The notes under the pieces are model-generated. The model saw nothing but the letters and a program-made list of their open reading frames with translations. It made no database searches and had not been told where the DNA came from. This document shows positions 59,072-64,000 of a stretch of 64,000 nucleotides of DNA, in pieces (position 1 is the stretch's first letter; each line of letters begins with the position of its first letter). The DNA is taken from positions 32,001-96,000 of the forward strand of contig CBDDTI010000729.1 of the NCBI GenBank assembly GCA_965233585.1. Direction: 5' to 3'. This DNA is from a bacterium. GTDB lineage: Bacteria > SAR324 > NAC60-12. The position numbers and the translations under genes were made by a program.

Positions 59072-60097
59072 TTATTTGGAGATTTCAGAAAAGTATTGGG
59101 GAACAGCCCAGCCTTGAGCAAAAGTGTCATCAGGACAAACCTCCCAATCGGTTGTCCCCAGATAAGATGATTTACCTTCAACTTGCACCTCTACAATAGG
59201 GAATCCTTCTTTTGTGGTTTCCTGTTCTTTTGGTTTGGCTGTGGCAAAAAAGGATTCTCCTGAAATTCCACGAAATTGGTAACGTTGATTGGCAGAAATT
59301 TTTTTAGAGACAAGATCTAAAGCCATTCTTGCAGAAACCCCACTTCCTGTTGGACTGCGGTCTATTTGACCGTCTCCAAAGATGGTTAAATGGCGACGGA
59401 CGCCATCTGCGTCTTTATCATCAATCAAGATCACTCCATAGAGGAAAGCAAGCTCTGGTTTTGGATGTTCAATTTTGAGACATTTTTGAAGCCTCTGAAG
59501 CAAGAGTCTTCCCATTTTGGACAGGTCTTCAATAGAGGCTCTGTAAAAAGGAAGTCCAAGCCTTGAGGAAGAAACGATGGCATAAAAAACTCCGCCATAG
59601 GCAAGGCTGTATGTGATGGGACCAAAACCTGGGACTGTACTGCGTTCGTACACGGACACCGCATGGGCAGAAGGCATTGTGTAAGAGGAGGAGGTTACCT
59701 TGCCATCTTGTACCGTACTGACCACTTCTACGACATCGCAAGGACATTCCAGATAAAATCTAACCTCTGGGGAGTCTGCAGGAAGTTTCCCTGATTCAAT
59801 CAAATACTGAGCAATGGCAATCGTTCCGTGACCACACATGGTGCTATAACCGGATTGGTGCATAAAAATCACACCTGCCGAAGCGTGAGGCACAGTGGGT
59901 TCTGTCAAAACAGCACCGTACATGGCGGCATGTCCACGTGGTTCCAGCATTAAAGCCTGACGAATATGGTCAAAATGAGAGCGAAAGTAGTTTCTTTTTT
60001 CTAAGAGACATTGTCCTTCAATGGCAGGGACACCTTCTGTGATAATTCTTAAAGGTTCACCTGCAGTATGAAAATCAATCGTTTTATATCTTGTCAT
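59072..60097 (-). CDS. Proline racemase family, Cys/Thr type (trans-3-hydroxy-L-proline dehydratase-like)
   Basis: HTAGEPLRI, LEPRGH..MYG, STMCGH and DRSPTGSG (Thr replaces the second catalytic Cys). Confidence 0.85.
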   Translation of the reverse strand: MTRYKTIDFHTAGEPLRIITEGVPAIEGQCLLEKRNYFRSHFDHIRQALMLEPRGHAAMYGAVLTEPTVPHASAGVIFMHQSGYSTMCGHGTIAIAQYLIESGKLPADSPEVRFYLECPCDVVEVVSTVQDGKVTSSSYTMPSAHAVSVYERSTVPGFGPITYSLAYGGVFYAIVSSSRLGLPFYRASIEDLSKMGRLLLQRLQKCLKIEHPKPELAFLYGVILIDDKDADGVRRHLTIFGDGQIDRSPTGSGVSARMALDLVSKKISANQRYQFRGISGESFFATAKPKEQETTKEGFPIVEVQVEGKSSYLGTTDWEVCPDDTFAQGWAVPQYFSEISK

Positions 60098-60150
60098 TTG
60101 TTTACCTCACTTGTTTCTTAAATTCTTTTGCATAACAAATTCAATGGTTC

Positions 60151-63100
60151 TCATAGTAAATTCAGTTGATTGATACAGACCGAAAATGCTGTCAAGTTTC
60201 CAATGGCATTACTTTGGATTTGTTCTATTGCAGAAAAGTAAGCATGAAGGGGAGTTCCAAAGTCTTCAAGAGCTTTGGCTCTCACGACTTCAGCATCAAC
60301 ATTGTCTAATCCTTTAGGCTTCCATTCTTTGATAAAATATTGGGTGAGGTCGCTTTTACGTAGATGAAGATTTTGCAACAAAATTTCTTGCTGTGCAATC
60401 TCCCAATCACTGCGGAGCTTCATGCTGGTCAGTTGCGTTTCAATCCATTGCAGTTTGAAGGTATGGTCAATGAGATACGAGGCTTGAAGGGCTAAGTCAA
60501 AAGAAATCTCTTGTTCAAAATGCAGATAGAGAGCATCAGGCAGTGTTGTAATGGATTCAAAAATCGCAATGGTTTGCGCTGTCTGCTCATCAAAGCCGAG
60601 GTCTTGCCAACCTTTGATAATGCTGTCCTCAATGTTTTTCAAAAGTTCAGTCTTCGCTTGCTTCCAAAACTTCAAATAGTTAGAAACCTCTTGAAACTGG
60701 AATTGTTGTTGATGTTGAAGAAACGAAATGGTGGCTTGCCTTAAAAAATTTTCAGAGTGAATCAATGCACGATATTTGTCAAGCACAAAAGTTTCAGATT
60801 GCAGGATAGTATAGCGGTATTGAGTCATGTCAAAAGAGGCATCAAGGAACAAATAAATTGAGGCAATTTGTTCAGCAGAGGCTTGCGTGACGCTTTGCAC
60901 GTAGTAAAAGAAAGTCATACCTGCTTGATTGACAATTTGGTTGACAACGATTGCACAAGTGATCTCCCTTCTCAAAGGGTGAAAGGGCAGAGAGTCTGCA
61001 AATTTGTTAAGCAAGGTTTGGGGAAAGTAATTTTGATAAAACGTCTTGAGAAAGTCATGGTCAAGGATTTTGGAATGTTCTAATTCGTTGCAAATGTTCA
61101 TTTTGACGTAGGCTTGTAAGATAGCTAGCACAGGTCTCGGAATAGATTCTTGACGTTCTTCCATACGTTCCAGTTCTCCGCGTGTTGGGATTTTTTCACT
61201 TTCTGCATCTAAATTTTGTTTTGCTACCAAATAACGGGTCAGATTTTTAAAGTTCCGAAATTCTGTTTTGGTGCGATGTTCGTCCATAGAAAGCAAGCGA
61301 TGCTGTGCGCGATTGTTGGCTAAGACTAAATTTGAGACCTCATCTGTTGCTTCACGCAAAGTGGCATTGCGGTCTTCAAGAGATTCTAACTTGCCTTGCT
61401 GTAATAATTGCTGCAACAAAACCTTGATGTTGACTTCATAATCAGACATGTTCACACCTGCAGAATTGTCAATGGCATCAGTATTTCCACGCCCTCCTTG
61501 TTTGGCAAATTGAATACGTGCAGGTTGAGTCATACCAAGATTTGCACCTTCTCCAATCACTTTGACTTGGCATTGACTGACATCAATCCGAGTCAAATTA
61601 TTAGCATGGTCTCCCACGTCTGCATGAGTTTGGTCATCAGATTTGATGTAAGTGCCAACACCTCCAAACCAGAGTAAATCTGCTGGCATTTTTAGAATCG
61701 CACAAATCAACTCCTCACCTGTCATCGTTTTCACTTGGACGCCAAGCATTTTTTGGACTTCAGGAGACAACGTCACTTCCTTCGCATTGCGTTCAAAGAT
61801 ACCTCCCCCTTGACTAATCAGTTGAGTTTGGTAATCGTTCCAACCAGAACGAGGCTTGTGAAAGAGTCGCTGACGTTCCTGCCATGATTCTTGAGCATTG
61901 GGAGTGGGGTCAAGAAAAATATGTTTATGATTAAATGCGGCAACCAACAAAATCTGCTGACTTAGAAGCATTCCGTTGCCAAAAACATCGCCAGACATGT
62001 CGCCTACACCAATGACAGTAGAAGGTTCGTTTTGAATATCTCTGCCCATTTCTGCAAAATGTAATTTGACACATTCCCACGCTCCGCGTGCGGTAATGCC
62101 TTCTTTTTTATGGTCATATCCAACAGAGCCACCAGAGGCAAAGGCATCTCCTAGCCAAAACTCATAATGTTCTGCTTCTGCATTGCCAAAATCAGAAAAA
62201 GTAGCCGTGCCTTTGTCAGCGGCAACGACAAGATAGGGGTCATAGTCATCGTAGCAAATCACATGGTTTGGGTGTTTGGGCAGTCGGTTAAAATCCAAAT
62301 TATCTGTAATATCCAGAAGAGACCGAATGAAACGTTGATACTGTCGTTGTCCTTCTTGCGGAAGTTCGGCTGCACTCACCTTTTTTTTCACAATAAATCC
62401 ACCTTTTGAACCATTGGGAATGATGACGACGTTTTTAGTTTGTTGAGTTTGGACAAGATTCAAGACTTCAGAACGGAAGTCATTATGTCGGTCAGACCAT
62501 CGCAAGCCTCCTCTTGCTACTGCACCAAAACGCAAATGAACGCCTTCTACTGTGGAATCATAGACATAGATTTCACGATAAGGCACAGGAGAAGGAATGT
62601 TTTCAAGAGAACGGAGGCACAATTTGACCGAAAGAAAGGTCTCGTTAGCATCAGTTTTGGGAATATAAAAATTGGTTCGCAACGTGGCTGAAATGAGTTC
62701 AAACAGTCGTCTAAAAATGGCGTCTGTGACTACTTCCTTCACATTGCGCAGGCTGTCTATAAATTCTTTTTCTAATTCAGGCAAAAGCGAGCTTTGACGA
62801 TAATCCTTCGTGCCAAAAGAAGTTTCGCAAGAAAACTTGGTCTCAAAATATTGAAAGATTTTTAAAGTGTGTTGAGGATATGCCAACAAGGCAGTGTTGA
62901 TTTGGTCAATGCTATAAGGTTGTTTCAGTTGGAAGTATAAATTGCGATACATCACCACCACACGGATTGCCTCCCATGACATTTCTGCCAACAAACAAAG
63001 AGCATTGAGTGGGTCATTTTCAACACGACCGAGCAAAGCGGCTTTGAGTAAATCAGTAAACAAAACCTTGTAGCGATTCACATCTAACGTTTGCCTTTGC

Positions 63101-64000
63101 ATGTCTTGAATCCGAAACGTCATCACGTAGCCAATGGTTTGGTCTGATGTGCCAATCCTTGCATTGAGTTGGTCTAAAACATAAATTCCCATATTTTGAA
63201 TGATAGGCATGACCTGTGTCAGATTGATTTTGCCTTTGCAATAGATATAAAGCAAAGTCGTCTGTTCAGAAAGGGCAGAACCTGTGAAAACAAAAGGTTT
63301 CATGTTGAATAAGAATTCTTCACCACTTGTGAGTTGTTCAAGGTAAAAAATATCTTCTGCGGCATCTTCGGGGCTGGTTCTGCTTCTGTAATGACTTGGG
63401 AGCCAAGGCAGATACTTTGTGGCTCGTTCGTAAAGTCCTGTTGAAAACTTTTGATGAATGAAATCAATCGTCAAAGATTCCCACGACTTCAAGGCATCGT
63501 TCAAATCTTTGAGGATTTTATCTAGGTCTGGTCTCCATTTACCGTTGAGGTCAAAATAGATATGAAGCCATTGAGTTTGAACACTGCGAATGGTGAGGAG
63601 TTCATAATCCTGATGAGGAATTTGTGATTTAAGATAGTTGAGAGTTTTTTCAACATTGACTCGGTTGAAGATGTCAGTAGGCAAAACAATCAAAAGACAA
63701 ACCGATTGCCTTTCAGGAAAAGGATAAAAGAAGGCACGGATTTCATTGGGATTGTAGATTAAAAGTAGGTCTTCAATCATACGTGCAAGCGTTTGTTGTG
63801 GAAGCCAAAACAGCTCAAACTTGGGAATCACACTGCTTAAACGAATGGTCTGGTTGTAGCTGTAGCTTGAAGGAATCATACGAAATTGCTCAAAAATCTT
63901 TTGCAGTTTCAGATGAATGATTGGAGTCTCTAAATTGCTAGCATGTAAAGAACTTCTGCGAATCAAGCCAACAAAGACAAAGTGTTGATGAGAACGACTT
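60151..64000 (-). CDS. gdhB: Large NAD-specific glutamate dehydrogenase (5' end outside the window)
   Basis: EGVHLRFG.VARGGLRWSDR, KNVVI.P.GSKGGF, YLVVAADKGTATFSD, GDAFASGGS.GYDHK, GDMSGDVFGNGML, EGANLG. Confidence 0.93.
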   Translation of the reverse strand, partial: SRSHQHFVFVGLIRRSSLHASNLETPIIHLKLQKIFEQFRMIPSSYSYNQTIRLSSVIPKFELFWLPQQTLARMIEDLLLIYNPNEIRAFFYPFPERQSVCLLIVLPTDIFNRVNVEKTLNYLKSQIPHQDYELLTIRSVQTQWLHIYFDLNGKWRPDLDKILKDLNDALKSWESLTIDFIHQKFSTGLYERATKYLPWLPSHYRSRTSPEDAAEDIFYLEQLTSGEEFLFNMKPFVFTGSALSEQTTLLYIYCKGKINLTQVMPIIQNMGIYVLDQLNARIGTSDQTIGYVMTFRIQDMQRQTLDVNRYKVLFTDLLKAALLGRVENDPLNALCLLAEMSWEAIRVVVMYRNLYFQLKQPYSIDQINTALLAYPQHTLKIFQYFETKFSCETSFGTKDYRQSSLLPELEKEFIDSLRNVKEVVTDAIFRRLFELISATLRTNFYIPKTDANETFLSVKLCLRSLENIPSPVPYREIYVYDSTVEGVHLRFGAVARGGLRWSDRHNDFRSEVLNLVQTQQTKNVVIIPNGSKGGFIVKKKVSAAELPQEGQRQYQRFIRSLLDITDNLDFNRLPKHPNHVICYDDYDPYLVVAADKGTATFSDFGNAEAEHYEFWLGDAFASGGSVGYDHKKEGITARGAWECVKLHFAEMGRDIQNEPSTVIGVGDMSGDVFGNGMLLSQQILLVAAFNHKHIFLDPTPNAQESWQERQRLFHKPRSGWNDYQTQLISQGGGIFERNAKEVTLSPEVQKMLGVQVKTMTGEELICAILKMPADLLWFGGVGTYIKSDDQTHADVGDHANNLTRIDVSQCQVKVIGEGANLGMTQPARIQFAKQGGRGNTDAIDNSAGVNMSDYEVNIKVLLQQLLQQGKLESLEDRNATLREATDEVSNLVLANNRAQHRLLSMDEHRTKTEFRNFKNLTRYLVAKQNLDAESEKIPTRGELERMEERQESIPRPVLAILQAYVKMNICNELEHSKILDHDFLKTFYQNYFPQTLLNKFADSLPFHPLRREITCAIVVNQIVNQAGMTFFYYVQSVTQASAEQIASIYLFLDASFDMTQYRYTILQSETFVLDKYRALIHSENFLRQATISFLQHQQQFQFQEVSNYLKFWKQAKTELLKNIEDSIIKGWQDLGFDEQTAQTIAIFESITTLPDALYLHFEQEISFDLALQASYLIDHTFKLQWIETQLTSMKLRSDWEIAQQEILLQNLHLRKSDLTQYFIKEWKPKGLDNVDAEVVRAKALEDFGTPLHAYFSAIEQIQSNAIGNLTAFSVCINQLNLL

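Noticed and set aside
48622..63241. Many short alternative-frame or antisense ORFs within gltD, gltB, DUF4105, the racemase gene and gdh
   Set aside because: They are almost all contained in well-supported genes and have no motifs; shadow ORFs.

Overview
AT-rich bacterial chromosomal window from a Gram-negative organism. The gene content (cheY, gltBD, large NAD-GDH, DUF3015/DUF4105) suggests a SAR324/delta-proteobacteria-like lineage; that placement is inference only. The left ~28 kb is an accessory mosaic, almost all on the + strand. It holds a DpnII-like restriction-modification locus whose nuclease is broken by an exact 70-bp tandem duplication, and an array of Fe-siderophore/B12-type binding proteins interrupted by a CoiA/DUF6035-like nuclease gene. 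It also has a FadR-type regulator with a sugar ABC transporter (an AbiEii toxin-antitoxin pair sits inside it), a sugar-acid catabolic cluster, and a desaturase-DUF1365-CFA synthase-DUF3833 lipid-modification operon. Last is a 3-gene cassette (Fe/2OG dioxygenase, MFS, ATP-grasp ligase) whose first gene is frameshifted at a C14 tract, the best candidate for an undescribed phase-variable small-peptide biosynthetic system. The right part is mostly core genes on the - strand: prs-like, rtcB beside a HEPN-MNT pair, hisC, tRNA-Lys, folE, pyrF, cheY, gltBD, hydroxyproline catabolism genes and NAD-GDH. It also contains a glutamine-synthetase-like probable pseudo-enzyme, a REP-like palindrome cluster and a triplicated promoter. 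No CRISPR array, rRNA, transposase or integrase was seen. All calls come from motif recognition, without database searches.
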